Notes under the pieces: generated by a model
Databases searched by the model: none
Told to the model about the DNA's origin: nothing
The model's input: only the letters and a program-made list of their open reading frames with translations
In this document: positions 1 through 9,768 of the stretch, one piece after another
How the letters are laid out: every line of letters starts with the position of its first letter
How positions within the stretch are numbered: the first letter of the stretch is position 1
Assembly: GCA_016195685.1 (NCBI GenBank)
Contig: JACPZE010000026.1
Span: 1-60,063, forward strand
Reading direction: 5' to 3'
Source of the DNA: Candidatus Gottesmanbacteria bacterium
GTDB taxonomy: Bacteria; Patescibacteriota; Microgenomatia; 2-02-FULL-39-11
Length of the DNA stretch: 60,063 nt
Program-made: the position numbers and the translations under genes

Positions 1-780
1 GGTAATTAGGTACATTCTACCGAAAATCGATTAAGATAAATAGTAGAATGGATCGCCGGAAATGTATATTTTGTAGATACTACCGTGCACGGGGCAATTC
101 TTTGGGTAGAATTTACTGCCCGAGATGCAAAAGGAGATATTCCTTTAAGAGAGCTGAAAGACTTGGAAAGATCATTGAATACTTTGCTTTGGAGATACCA
201 GCTAATAAAGCCAGCAAAGTATTGCACCTTAACTACAAGACCGTATACAGAGTCTACCAAAGACTCAGAGAGAAGATCGCTGGAAAAACCAAAGAAGAGT
301 TTAGAAAACTTTCTGGAGAGATTGAGATTGATGATGCCTACTTTGGTGGAAGAAGAAAGGGAAACAGAGGAAGAGCAGCTTCTGGAAAAACTCTTGTTCT
401 TGGCATGCTGGAGAGAGATGGAAGAGTATTTACCACTCTCCCAGAGAATCTCGAACTTGGACAAGTACTTGATGCCATTAGCAGGCATGCCGAGAAAGGC
501 AGTGTATTCTATACTGATCAATTTAGAAGCTACAAGTCCCTGTTTATCTATGGCAGACATCTGAGTCTTAATCATGCTGAGAAGTTTGCCAATGGGAGAG
601 TCCATATTAATGGTCTTGAAGGTTTCTGGTCCTTTGCAAAAGAGAGGATGCTTAAGTATCATGGGATATCTAAGAAACACTTTGCTCTTTACTTGAAGGA
701 ACTTGAGTTTCGATACAATCATAGAAAACAAGATTTAATAAAAATATTTACCGAATTATGGTAAAAAGTACCTAATTACC
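1..780 (+). mobile_element. IS1595-family insertion sequence
   Basis: 21-bp terminal inverted repeats, 19/21 identical (ggtaattaggtacattctacc at 1-21; reverse complement of 760-780 is ggtaattaggtactttttacc), enclosing one transposase ORF. Left flank and target duplication lie outside the window. Confidence 0.93.
48..764 (+). CDS. IS1595 (ISXO2-like) DDE transposase
   Basis: N-terminal CxxC..CxxC zinc finger; motifs EIDDAYFGG, YTDQFRSY, HINGLEGFWS, YLKELEFRYN. Stop codon falls inside the right TIR. Confidence 0.93.
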   Translation: MDRRKCIFCRYYRARGNSLGRIYCPRCKRRYSFKRAERLGKIIEYFALEIPANKASKVLHLNYKTVYRVYQRLREKIAGKTKEEFRKLSGEIEIDDAYFGGRRKGNRGRAASGKTLVLGMLERDGRVFTTLPENLELGQVLDAISRHAEKGSVFYTDQFRSYKSLFIYGRHLSLNHAEKFANGRVHINGLEGFWSFAKERMLKYHGISKKHFALYLKELEFRYNHRKQDLIKIFTELW

Positions 781-783
781 AGG

Positions 784-977
784 GTGAATATGTGACGGAG
801 GCGAAACCGTAAAAGTCAGCAACGAGTGTCGGAAACGGAGCTCGTCAGAAACAAGATTTTCTTACTGACGTGTCCCGATTTGATCGGGACATTTTTGTAA
901 GACGATAAATCAAGGTGGCACCACGAATAATTCGTCCTTGAGTATCCCCGCTTAGCGGGGAGAAAGGGGATTTTTTT
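784..977 (+). promoter_or_regulatory. T-box riboswitch (trp), stem I absent
   Basis: T-box aatcaaggTGGCaccacg (908-925); caagg 911-915 pairs with ccttg 936-940. Alternative terminator ends in T7 at 971-977, directly before the trpE ATG. S-turn-like GAA 786-788 / AGCA 818-821, F-box-like CTCGTCA 841-847, stem III 861-901. UGGC fits a G73 discriminator. No UGG specifier between the IS and the T-box. Confidence 0.85.
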
Positions 978-2342
978 ATGGATAATTTATTACCGAAAAT
1001 TAAATTAGGAAAATACCAGGAAGAGAAACTAGATTTATCTATTTCTGCTTTTGAGGCATTCAAAAGACTTTATCCTTATTTTAAGGATATATTTCTTTTG
1101 GAGTCACTAGGGGAGGAGGGGAAATTTAACAGATTTTCCTATATAGGATTTTCTCCGAAACTTATCATTTCGGCCAAAAATAAGGAATTGTTTATAAACG
1201 GAAAACTGATAAGTATTGAAAACCCGTACTTCTTTCTTTCAAAGTTAATGGAAAAATTCAAAAGCGCTGGGAATGGTTACTGTGGCGGCTTGGTAGGATT
1301 TTTCACTCATGAAGCTACGAAATACTTTGAACTTGCATTTACCGGGTACGAAAATTACGATTTTCCGGATTTCTTATGCGGATTTTTCTTGGATGGATTT
1401 CGTTTTGATAAAAAAACTAAGGAGGCCTTTTATTTCCATCACGGTGAATCAAGGCTTAAAAAGGTTTATCATCTTTTTCATAAGGAAGGCAAATTAGACA
1501 GCTTCCAGTTTGAGAAGCTGCAAAGTGCTAAAACAGAAAGTGACCATAAAGATATGGTTTTGAAGGCAAAAGAACATATAAAAAAGGGAGATATTTTTCA
1601 GGTTGTTTTAGCACTTAAGACTTTCTATAAAATTTCCGGGGACATAAGAAGGTTTTATGCGGTCCTTCGGCAAGTAAATCCAGCTCCGTACACTTTTTAT
1701 ATTAAATTTGGGGAAAGGATAGTAATTTCGGCTAGTCCTGAACTTCTTATCGGGGTAAAGGGAGATAAAATTGAGCATTTTGGAACACTGGCCGGAACAA
1801 TCAGACGTGGGGGAAACGATTTAGAGGATAATTTGCTGGCAGAGAAACTTTTAGGAGATGAGAAAGAGAAAGCAGAGCATATGATGTTGGTGGATTTAGC
1901 TCGAAACGATTTGGGTAGAATTTGTGAATTTGGAAGCGTCACGGTGGAAAAGCTATCAATAGTGAAAAAATACAGCCATGTACAGCATCTATATTCAGAA
2001 GTCAGGGGGAAACTCAAAAAGGGCGAGAATGCCTTTTCGGCTTTGGCTGCCTGTTTTCCGGCTGGTACTTTAACTGGTGCTCCCAAGATTGAGGCGATGA
2101 AAATAATAAAAAATCTGGAAAAAGAAGCAAGAGGTCCTTATGGTGGGGTGGGCGGATATTTTTCGCTAAATGGTGAGGCCATGCAGGCTATCACTATTCG
2201 TTCTATTTTTATTAATGGTAAGACTGCCTACACACAGACAGGTAGCGGAATTGTAGCTGATTCTGAACCAGAAAAAGAATATCAGGAGATTATAAATAAA
2301 CAAAAGGCAATTGAGGAGGCATTAAAACTCGCTAGTATATGA
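978..2342 (+). CDS. trpE: anthranilate synthase component I
   Basis: Chorismate-binding motifs GDIFQVVL, SPELL, EHMMLVDLARNDL, FPAGTLTGAPK; first gene of the trp operon. Confidence 0.92.
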   Translation: MDNLLPKIKLGKYQEEKLDLSISAFEAFKRLYPYFKDIFLLESLGEEGKFNRFSYIGFSPKLIISAKNKELFINGKLISIENPYFFLSKLMEKFKSAGNGYCGGLVGFFTHEATKYFELAFTGYENYDFPDFLCGFFLDGFRFDKKTKEAFYFHHGESRLKKVYHLFHKEGKLDSFQFEKLQSAKTESDHKDMVLKAKEHIKKGDIFQVVLALKTFYKISGDIRRFYAVLRQVNPAPYTFYIKFGERIVISASPELLIGVKGDKIEHFGTLAGTIRRGGNDLEDNLLAEKLLGDEKEKAEHMMLVDLARNDLGRICEFGSVTVEKLSIVKKYSHVQHLYSEVRGKLKKGENAFSALAACFPAGTLTGAPKIEAMKIIKNLEKEARGPYGGVGGYFSLNGEAMQAITIRSIFINGKTAYTQTGSGIVADSEPEKEYQEIINKQKAIEEALKLASI

Positions 2343-2917
2343 GAACACTTATTATTGATAACTATGATTCTTTTACTTATAACCTATACCAGTATATTGG
2401 GGAGTTGGGAGGAGAGCCTGATGTTGTGAGAAATGATCAATTAACGTTGCAAGATATTCAAACTAGAAAATATTCTCATATTGTTATTTCTCCGGGCCCG
2501 GGGGACCCTTCTGACGTGGCATATTTTGGAGTCTGCAAAGACGTAATTTTGACCTTTGGTAAAAATATACCTCTTTTGGGGGTATGTCTGGGGCATCAAG
2601 GGATAATTTATGCCTTGGGTGGCAAAGTCATAAGGGCTCCACTTATCAAGCATGGCAAAACTAGTGTAATCAAACATAACCAAAAAGAAATTTTTGAAAA
2701 TGTCAAAAACCCGCTAGTAGGTATGCGTTACCACTCACTGATTGGAGAAAAAGTGAGTCTGCCGGATAGTTTGGAGATAATCGCAATTTCAGCTGATGAC
2801 AAAGCTATTATGGGCGTTGCACATAAAAAATTCCCCATATTCGGAGTACAGTTTCATCCAGAATCGATAGGAACAGAAGAGGGAAAGAAAATTCTTACGA
2901 ATTTTCTATCAATATGA
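2339..2917 (+). CDS. trpG: anthranilate synthase component II (glutamine amidotransferase)
   Basis: IDNYDSFTYNL, SPGPG, GVCLGHQ, QFHPES. Confidence 0.93.
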   Translation: MRTLIIDNYDSFTYNLYQYIGELGGEPDVVRNDQLTLQDIQTRKYSHIVISPGPGDPSDVAYFGVCKDVILTFGKNIPLLGVCLGHQGIIYALGGKVIRAPLIKHGKTSVIKHNQKEIFENVKNPLVGMRYHSLIGEKVSLPDSLEIIAISADDKAIMGVAHKKFPIFGVQFHPESIGTEEGKKILTNFLSI

Positions 2918-3924
2918 TCAATATACTTCTGAACAAACTAATTGAAACAAAAGATTTAACACAAGAAGAAGCCATATGTTTGATGGAAGAAATCTTGGAG
3001 GGAAATCTTACTTCGGCCCAGATTGCAGCCATTCTTGTAGCTTTAAGAATGAAAGAAGAGATACCCGAGGAAATATTAGGATTTATCAAAGTTATGAGAA
3101 AACATATGGTGAAAATTAAAACTAAGGGGTTAGTGATAGATACTTGCGGTACGGGTGGGGATGGGAAGGGAACTTTTAATATCTCAACCGCAGTTGCTTT
3201 TGTGATTGTCGGAGCAGGTGTTTCAGTCGCCAAACACGGCAACAGAAATGCCAGTTCTGCCTGTGGCAGTGCGGATGTACTTGAAGCATTGGGAGTCAAC
3301 ATCAACTTGACGCCAAAAGAGGCAGAAAAGATGCTTTCAAAAACTAAATTTACCTTTTTATTTGCGCCTCTCTATCATCCAGCCATGAGACATGTTGGGG
3401 AAGTCAGAAAAGAGCTAAAAATAAGGACAGTTTTTAATTTCTTAGGCCCGTTTGCCAGTCCGGCGAGTGTCAGGCGGCAAATCATTGGCGTTCCAAATAT
3501 AAAACTAGCCGGGAAACTAGCTAAGGTTGCCTCAAATCTGAATTACGATCATTTATTGTTAGTAACAAGTGAGGATGGATTGGATGAGATAAGTCTATCT
3601 TCCCCAACGCATATTTTTGAAGTTAAGGGAAAACAAGTTAAAAAAATGATTATTAATGGAAAGGACTATGGATTTGAAAAGTCCTCACTTGTCGAAATTA
3701 AAGGGGGAGATGCAAAAAGGAATGCTGAAATAATCAAAGATATTATGAAAGGTAAGAATGGACCTTGTAAAGATATTATCGTTTTAAATAGTGCAGTAGG
3801 ACTTTATGTAGCAGGTAAGGTAAAAAATATTGGTGAGGGACTTAAATTTGCTCAAAAATCAATAGAAGAAGGAAATGCAAAAAAAGTATTGGCAATGGTT
3901 ATCAAATATTCACGATATCTATGA
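2914..3924 (+). CDS. trpD: anthranilate phosphoribosyltransferase
   Basis: DTCGTGGDG, TFNISTA, KHGNR, RTVFNFLGP, GLDEIS. Confidence 0.96.
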   Translation: MINILLNKLIETKDLTQEEAICLMEEILEGNLTSAQIAAILVALRMKEEIPEEILGFIKVMRKHMVKIKTKGLVIDTCGTGGDGKGTFNISTAVAFVIVGAGVSVAKHGNRNASSACGSADVLEALGVNINLTPKEAEKMLSKTKFTFLFAPLYHPAMRHVGEVRKELKIRTVFNFLGPFASPASVRRQIIGVPNIKLAGKLAKVASNLNYDHLLLVTSEDGLDEISLSSPTHIFEVKGKQVKKMIINGKDYGFEKSSLVEIKGGDAKRNAEIIKDIMKGKNGPCKDIIVLNSAVGLYVAGKVKNIGEGLKFAQKSIEEGNAKKVLAMVIKYSRYL

Positions 3925-4661
3925 AAAACAAACTTACACAGATACTGGACAATAAAATGAAAGAAGTTTCCCAGAAAAAGAAAAAAAGAGATTTCTTAGG
4001 GGCAATAACAAATCCCAAAATGGGAGATATTTCAATAATTGCTGAGATTAAACTTGCATCTCCGACTGCCGGTAAGTTAGGAGAAGAAAAAGATATAGAA
4101 AAACAGGTATTAATGTATGAAAAAAGTTATGCTGATGGGATTTCCGTAGTAGTCGACAAAAAATATTTTGACGGAGAGTTGGAATTTATCAAACAAATTA
4201 AAAATACAGTTTCTCTTCCGCTCCTAGCCAAGGATTTTATCATCGATCCTTATCAGATTTATGAAGCAAAACTTTACGGAGCTGACGCAATATTATTGAT
4301 AGCAAAGATATTGACCAAAAAGAAACTCCAGAAATTTGTCAAACATTGTTTTGATGCTGGGTTGGAACCGGTAGTTGAAGTACAGAATAAAAAAGAGTTG
4401 GAAAAAGTGTTGAATATTGGTACTAGGATTATTGCTGTGAACGCACGAGGTCTGTCAACTTTTAAGGTAGACGTAGACGGAGCATGTCAGCTGATCAAAA
4501 GTATTCCAAAAGAGTTTGTAAGTTTGGGTTTTTCAGGAGTCTTGGGGATAAATGAGGTAGAACAATATAAGAAAGCCGGTGCAAAAGGAATATTGGTGGG
4601 AATAACCCTAATGAAATCAAAAAATCCCGGAAAAGTTATAAAGGAGTTTAAAGGATTATGA
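3921..4661 (+). CDS. trpC: indole-3-glycerol phosphate synthase
   Basis: IIAEIKLASPT, LLAKDFIIDPYQI, GADAILLI, VNARGL. Confidence 0.93.
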   Translation: MKNKLTQILDNKMKEVSQKKKKRDFLGAITNPKMGDISIIAEIKLASPTAGKLGEEKDIEKQVLMYEKSYADGISVVVDKKYFDGELEFIKQIKNTVSLPLLAKDFIIDPYQIYEAKLYGADAILLIAKILTKKKLQKFVKHCFDAGLEPVVEVQNKKELEKVLNIGTRIIAVNARGLSTFKVDVDGACQLIKSIPKEFVSLGFSGVLGINEVEQYKKAGAKGILVGITLMKSKNPGKVIKEFKGL

Positions 4662-5278
4662 AAGTAAAAGTAAAAATTTGTGGTGTCAAGACATTGGAAG
4701 CTGCACAGGCTAGTATTAACGCGGGAGCTGACTTTTTGGGATTTAATTTTGTGCCGACTTCAAAACGTTTAATGAGTAATGGAATCGCCAAGCAAATTAT
4801 CGATGAGTTGCCAAAAACAATAGCAAAAGTTGGAGTATTTATGGATGCGGATATTTTGGAAATCCATAAATTAATTAATTACTTGAAACTTGATTATGTT
4901 CAGTTGCATGGCAATGAATCACCTAAATACGTTTCATCGGTGCAGGGAGCTGGAATAATAAAAACTATTTCATTACCTATTGAGTTTGATGTCGAAAAAA
5001 CAAAACAGAAAATGAAAAAATATCAAGTTGATTATTTTTTATTAGACAGAGAAGAACAGGGAAGGGGAAAAATGTTAGATTTAGATATGGTAAAGGAGTT
5101 AACTTCAGCCTTCCCCATCATTTTAGCTGGAGGATTAACAGTTGAAAATGTTTCTCAAACGGTTAAATTAGCTCATCCTCAAGTCGTAGATGTGGCCGGC
5201 GGAGTAGAGGCAAATGGGGCAAAAGATAAAGAAAGAATCACCGAATTTATAAAAAACGCTAAACTTTATGATATTTGA
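4658..5278 (+). CDS. trpF: phosphoribosylanthranilate isomerase
   Basis: [32 protein letters not shown]. Confidence 0.94.
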   Translation: MKVKVKICGVKTLEAAQASINAGADFLGFNFVPTSKRLMSNGIAKQIIDELPKTIAKVGVFMDADILEIHKLINYLKLDYVQLHGNESPKYVSSVQGAGIIKTISLPIEFDVEKTKQKMKKYQVDYFLLDREEQGRGKMLDLDMVKELTSAFPIILAGGLTVENVSQTVKLAHPQVVDVAGGVEANGAKDKERITEFIKNAKLYDI

Positions 5279-6518
5279 TTTTCATACCAAATACGATGGT
5301 GACGGTAAAGGACATTTCGGAGAATACGGTGGCAGATTTGCTCCGGAAATGCTTATACCTGCCTTGGAAGAATTAGAGGCAGCATATAAAAATGCTAAAA
5401 AAGATAAAAAATTTGAGCAGGAATTTTTAGAATTGCTTCATAGTTTCGCCGGCAGACCTACTCCTTTAACTTTTGCCAAAAATCTCACAAAGAAATTAAA
5501 CGGCGCCAAAATTTACTTCAAAAACGAAGGACTAAATATAACAGGCGCCCATAAAATTACACACTGTTTAGGTCAGGCGCTACTGGCAAAAAAAATGGAT
5601 AAAAAGAGGATAATCGCAGAAACTGGGGCGGGTCAGCACGGAGTAGCTGCCGCCACAGTGGCTGCTAAATTTGGGTTTTCCTGCACTGTATATATGGGGG
5701 AAGTGGATGTTGCCCGACAAAGACCAAACGTTTTCTGGATGCAGCAGCTGGGGGCGGAAGTGATACCGGTGAAATTTGGCAGCAGGACTCTTAAAGACGC
5801 AGTCAATGCAGCATTGAAAGATTGGATAACGAATGTAGAGAGTACACATTATTTACTCGGTTCTACTGTAGGCCCTCATCCGTTTCCAACCATCAATCGT
5901 GATTTTCAATCAGTGGTCGGAATGGAAGTTAAAGAACAGATTAAGAAATCAGAAGGAAGGCTGCCGGATTATCTGATAGCCTGTGTGGGAGGAGGTAGTA
6001 ACGCAATAGGACTTTTTTACAGATTTTTGAATGATGGAAAAGTGAAAATGATAGGTGTTGAAGCAGGAGGTAGAGGTGTAGAAAAGATAGGAGATCATGC
6101 CACCAGATTTTACGGCGGAGAAACAGGAGTGGTAGAGGGGTATAAATCCGTATTTTTGCAGGATGAGTATGGCAATTTAGCACTAACTCACAGTGTCTCG
6201 GCAGGGTTGGATTATCCAGGAATAGGTCCGCAACTGGCATATCTGAAAGAGCAAGGCAGGGCCGATTTTACATATGCAACGGATAAAGAAGTACTGGATG
6301 CGTTTAAACTATTAGCAAAAACTGAAGGAATAATTTGCGCTTTAGAATCAGCTCACGCAGTGGCGGGAGCGATAAAACTTGTACCTACACTTTCTAAAGA
6401 CAAGATAGTTGTAGTAAATCTTTCAGGAAGAGGGGATAAAGATATTTTCATAGTGGCCGAGGCACTAAAAGATAAAGAGTGGAGAGATTTTATAAGGAGT
6501 AAAGTGTATGAATATTAA
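5268..6518 (+). CDS. trpB: tryptophan synthase beta chain
   Basis: GAHKI (PLP lysine), [37 protein letters not shown]. Confidence 0.97.
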   Translation: MIFDFHTKYDGDGKGHFGEYGGRFAPEMLIPALEELEAAYKNAKKDKKFEQEFLELLHSFAGRPTPLTFAKNLTKKLNGAKIYFKNEGLNITGAHKITHCLGQALLAKKMDKKRIIAETGAGQHGVAAATVAAKFGFSCTVYMGEVDVARQRPNVFWMQQLGAEVIPVKFGSRTLKDAVNAALKDWITNVESTHYLLGSTVGPHPFPTINRDFQSVVGMEVKEQIKKSEGRLPDYLIACVGGGSNAIGLFYRFLNDGKVKMIGVEAGGRGVEKIGDHATRFYGGETGVVEGYKSVFLQDEYGNLALTHSVSAGLDYPGIGPQLAYLKEQGRADFTYATDKEVLDAFKLLAKTEGIICALESAHAVAGAIKLVPTLSKDKIVVVNLSGRGDKDIFIVAEALKDKEWRDFIRSKVYEY

Positions 6519-6522
6519 TTTA

Positions 6523-6677
6523 CGGGTCTTGCATATTATTAAAAATATAAATTTTTCAGACTCTGCAGCTCGCGCTCGGTATATCCCTTACCTTCTGTCC
6601 ATGTACCTTATTATTCTCACGCTCAATTGCAGAGATCTTCAAAATTTCTATTTTTAAACATGATCTCGCGTCACCCG
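6523..6677. repeat. nested palindromic element: family A arms enclosing a family B element
   Basis: Arms cgggtcttg...ctcgcgtcacccg match copies at 39642, 43540 and 55562; inner 6545-6647 matches 26745-26853. Confidence 0.85.
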
Positions 6678-6694
6678 CTATTAAAATAAATGTT

Positions 6695-7495
6695 ATGAAT
6701 GCTATAGAAAAAAAACTAATTCAATTAAAAAAAGAAAATAGATTAGGTCTTATAGCTCATGCAGTTTTGGGTTATCCGAATATGGAGAAAAGTTTAGAGA
6801 TTATAAATAGTTTAATTTCAAATGGCAGCGATTTTTTGGAATTGCAAATACCATTTTCTGATCCGGTAGCGGATGGGGAGACAATTATGAAAGCTTGCGA
6901 AGTAGCCTTGAAAAGCGGAATGAATACAGATGAGGCTTTTGAACTTGTTGGTAATTTAAGAAGGGCTGTTAACGTACCTATATTACTTATGGCTTATTAC
7001 AATACGATTTTTCGATACGGAATAAAGAGATTTTGCAAAAAAGCAAAAGATTTAAGAGTTTCTGGGATAATTGTTCCGGATATTCCACCTGAGGAAGAGA
7101 TAGCAGAGAAATTTATAACTACTTCCTTAGAATATGATATTTATCCGATCCGTGTAGTTTCACCCTCAAGTAGTATTAATAGGTTGGAAATCAATGCACG
7201 ATTTGCCAGAGGATTTGTATATTGTATAAGTCATTTTGGGGTTACTGGAACAAAGACAGTAGTTGACGATCGGCTTACAAGATATTTGCAAAGAGTTAAA
7301 CAAATTATGAAATTACCCGTTGCAGTAGGATTTGGACTTTCAAAAGCAGAGCAGATAGAAGCATTAAAAGGTGTTGCAGATATTGTAATCGTGGGAAGCG
7401 CAATTATCAAAAATTATAATGAGGGAGGAATAAAGCAAGTAAGCTCGTTTATAAAAAGTTTAAAAGAAAGTACAATGGGGAAAGGATATATATGA
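6695..7495 (+). CDS. trpA: tryptophan synthase alpha chain
   Basis: LELQIPFSDPVADGETI, LLMAYYN, IVPDIPPEE, VGFGLS, VGSAII. Confidence 0.96.
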   Translation: MNAIEKKLIQLKKENRLGLIAHAVLGYPNMEKSLEIINSLISNGSDFLELQIPFSDPVADGETIMKACEVALKSGMNTDEAFELVGNLRRAVNVPILLMAYYNTIFRYGIKRFCKKAKDLRVSGIIVPDIPPEEEIAEKFITTSLEYDIYPIRVVSPSSSINRLEINARFARGFVYCISHFGVTGTKTVVDDRLTRYLQRVKQIMKLPVAVGFGLSKAEQIEALKGVADIVIVGSAIIKNYNEGGIKQVSSFIKSLKESTMGKGYI

Positions 7496-8193
7496 GAGGA
7501 TTAGGAACAATTTTCAACGTTATTACTGTACTAATTGGTGGCAGCCTGGGACTTCTTATCGGTTCACGATTTAATAAAGACTTAAATAAAGCAGTGATAG
7601 GGGTAAATGGATTCGTATCAATGGTTATTGGTATTCAGATGGCGTTTACCTCAAAGAATATTTTGATTGTTTTAATAAGTTTGGCATTGGGAGTAATTAT
7701 CGGTGAAATTATTGATATTGAAGGGCGACTGCAGAGGTTTAGTCAACATATGGAAGATAAATTCGGCCGCGGTGAGGAAGGAAAATTTGCCAAAGGATTT
7801 CTGACTACAAGTATCCTTTTTTGTGTGGGGCCACTCACAATACTGGGTTCTTTACAGGACGGACTTACGGGTGATATTAAACTACTTGCAACCAAATCGA
7901 TCCTTGATGGTTTTTCTTCTATAGTATTTGCTTCTGCATTTGGAGTAGGAGTGATGTTTACCATAATAACAATTATAGTCGTGCAGGGGAGTCTTACTCT
8001 TCTTGCTGGTACATTGAGTGGAATACTGACACAAGCAGTAATTGCCGAACTGACCGGAGTTGGTGGTATCATGGTAATATCAATCGGTTTGGGACTGTTA
8101 GAGATAAAAAAATACAAGACTGCCAACATGTTACCGGCACTTTTGATTGCGCCGATAATAGTTATGTTATTAACTTATTTTAAATTTATATGA
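7492..8193 (+). CDS. DUF554-family multi-pass membrane protein
   Basis: GTIFNVITVLIGGSLG start, LFCVGPLTILGSLQDGL, KSILDGFSS; mostly hydrophobic helices. Confidence 0.85.
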   Translation: MRGLGTIFNVITVLIGGSLGLLIGSRFNKDLNKAVIGVNGFVSMVIGIQMAFTSKNILIVLISLALGVIIGEIIDIEGRLQRFSQHMEDKFGRGEEGKFAKGFLTTSILFCVGPLTILGSLQDGLTGDIKLLATKSILDGFSSIVFASAFGVGVMFTIITIIVVQGSLTLLAGTLSGILTQAVIAELTGVGGIMVISIGLGLLEIKKYKTANMLPALLIAPIIVMLLTYFKFI

Positions 8194-9704
8194 CAGATCC
8201 AAAAGTAAAAAAATACAGTGAGGAGTTGAAAAAGTTGGGCATTGAACACGAAATTTTGAAACATCCACAACTGGTTTCAGTTGAGGCGGTACAAAAATAT
8301 CTAGGATATGGTTTGGAAGATGCTGGAGCAACGCTCGTAATTAAGGTAGATGATAAGTTTATTGCCATAATTAGAAGGGGAGATACGAAATTAGATAATG
8401 AAAGAGTAAAAAAATATCTGGGTGTTGCCAATCTTCGAATGGCAAATGAAGAAGAATTTACAAAACTTACCGGAGTTCCAAGCGGTGCGGCTAGCGTCTA
8501 TATTCCCAGTTTGCCGACATATATAGACAAAAAAATCTTTGAAAAAGAATACATAAACGCAGGATCAGGAAGTCTTCTCTATACTTTCCGATACAAGACT
8601 AGTGATTTGAAAAAAATTCCAGGTATCAAAGTAGTTGATTTCACATCGATAGAATCAGAAAAGAAGAGTTCTTTAATTGATATAAAGGGAAAAAGGATTC
8701 TCTCTGGCATAACACCAAGTGGTGATGGCACTTTGCATATCGGTAATTACTTGGGAGCAGTAAAGCAGTTTATTGAATTTGCGAAAAATGGTGATTGTTA
8801 TCTTATGGTTGCGGATCTGCATGCGCTTACAACCATACAAAATAAAGCACAACTACAAAAGAATACGGAAACGTTGATCTTAAACGAACTTGCTTTATTA
8901 GGAAACCTTACAAATATCGTCTTTTTTAGACAATCTGATGTGCCGATGCACGCGGAGTTGACTTGGATCTTAAATAACGTTACTCCTCTGGGACTTTTAC
9001 GTCGCGCTCATGCATACAAAGATAAACTTTCAAAGGACGTGATGGAAGATGAAATAAACTTGGGGCTTTTTAATTACCCGATTCTTATGGCATCAGATAT
9101 ACTACTTTATAAACCAGATTTTGTACCTGTCGGGCGCGATCAGAAACAGCATATAGAAATCTGTCGGGATATTGCGGGAAGATTAAATAAGACATATAAA
9201 TCTGACGTTTTAAAACTTCCGAAACCATATATCCCGGAAGATGTAGCAGTAGTCATGGGTACTGATGGAAAGAGAAAAATGAGTAAATCTTTGGGGAATA
9301 TCATAAGTATATTTGATGATGAAATTGTAATAAAAAAACAAGTGATGAGTACTTATACGGATCCTACAAGAATTCATTCGAATGATCTGGGACATATAGA
9401 AGGGAATATGGTATTTGCATACCTTGATTTCTTTGGTGAAAAAAACAAAGTTTCAGAACTGAAAGATTTATACAAAGAGGGTAAAGTAGCGGATGTGGAA
9501 GTGAAAAATTATTTATTTGAGTCGTTGATGAAAACATTTAAAGATGCGCGAGTCCGATATCAGGAGCTTAAAAATAACCCACAAAAAGTTACAAAGATAT
9601 TATCGAATGGAGCAGATAGAGCTCGAGAGGTAGCTGGAAAAACCATGATGGAGGTGCGGGATGCGATAGGGTTGACCAATAATTACTCGTTCTTCAAATA
9701 TTAA
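8190..9704 (+). CDS. trpS: tryptophanyl-tRNA synthetase with N-terminal YbaK/ProX-like domain
   Basis: HIGN and KMSKS motifs, VPVGRDQKQH. The first ~150 aa resemble YbaK/INS-type editing domains (LRMANEEEF, TGVPSGA, NAGSGS). Confidence 0.92.
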   Translation: MTDPKVKKYSEELKKLGIEHEILKHPQLVSVEAVQKYLGYGLEDAGATLVIKVDDKFIAIIRRGDTKLDNERVKKYLGVANLRMANEEEFTKLTGVPSGAASVYIPSLPTYIDKKIFEKEYINAGSGSLLYTFRYKTSDLKKIPGIKVVDFTSIESEKKSSLIDIKGKRILSGITPSGDGTLHIGNYLGAVKQFIEFAKNGDCYLMVADLHALTTIQNKAQLQKNTETLILNELALLGNLTNIVFFRQSDVPMHAELTWILNNVTPLGLLRRAHAYKDKLSKDVMEDEINLGLFNYPILMASDILLYKPDFVPVGRDQKQHIEICRDIAGRLNKTYKSDVLKLPKPYIPEDVAVVMGTDGKRKMSKSLGNIISIFDDEIVIKKQVMSTYTDPTRIHSNDLGHIEGNMVFAYLDFFGEKNKVSELKDLYKEGKVADVEVKNYLFESLMKTFKDARVRYQELKNNPQKVTKILSNGADRAREVAGKTMMEVRDAIGLTNNYSFFKY

Positions 9705-9768
9705 TACCCATTTCACTTCGCTTGGTTGTCATAGGACTGGAAGTAATATATAATGAATCACTTTCGAC

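Noticed and set aside
6-731. Long minus-strand ORF and the 85..564 plus-strand ORF inside the IS
   Set aside because: Shadow frames of the transposase with no recognisable motifs. The same applies to the many short antisense ORFs overlapping known genes across the track.
747-765. Hairpin at the IS right end (tttacc-gaattat-ggtaaa) containing UGG, as a replacement Trp specifier
   Set aside because: The GG of UGG is paired in the stem, and the sequence is simply the transposase's last codons and TIR.
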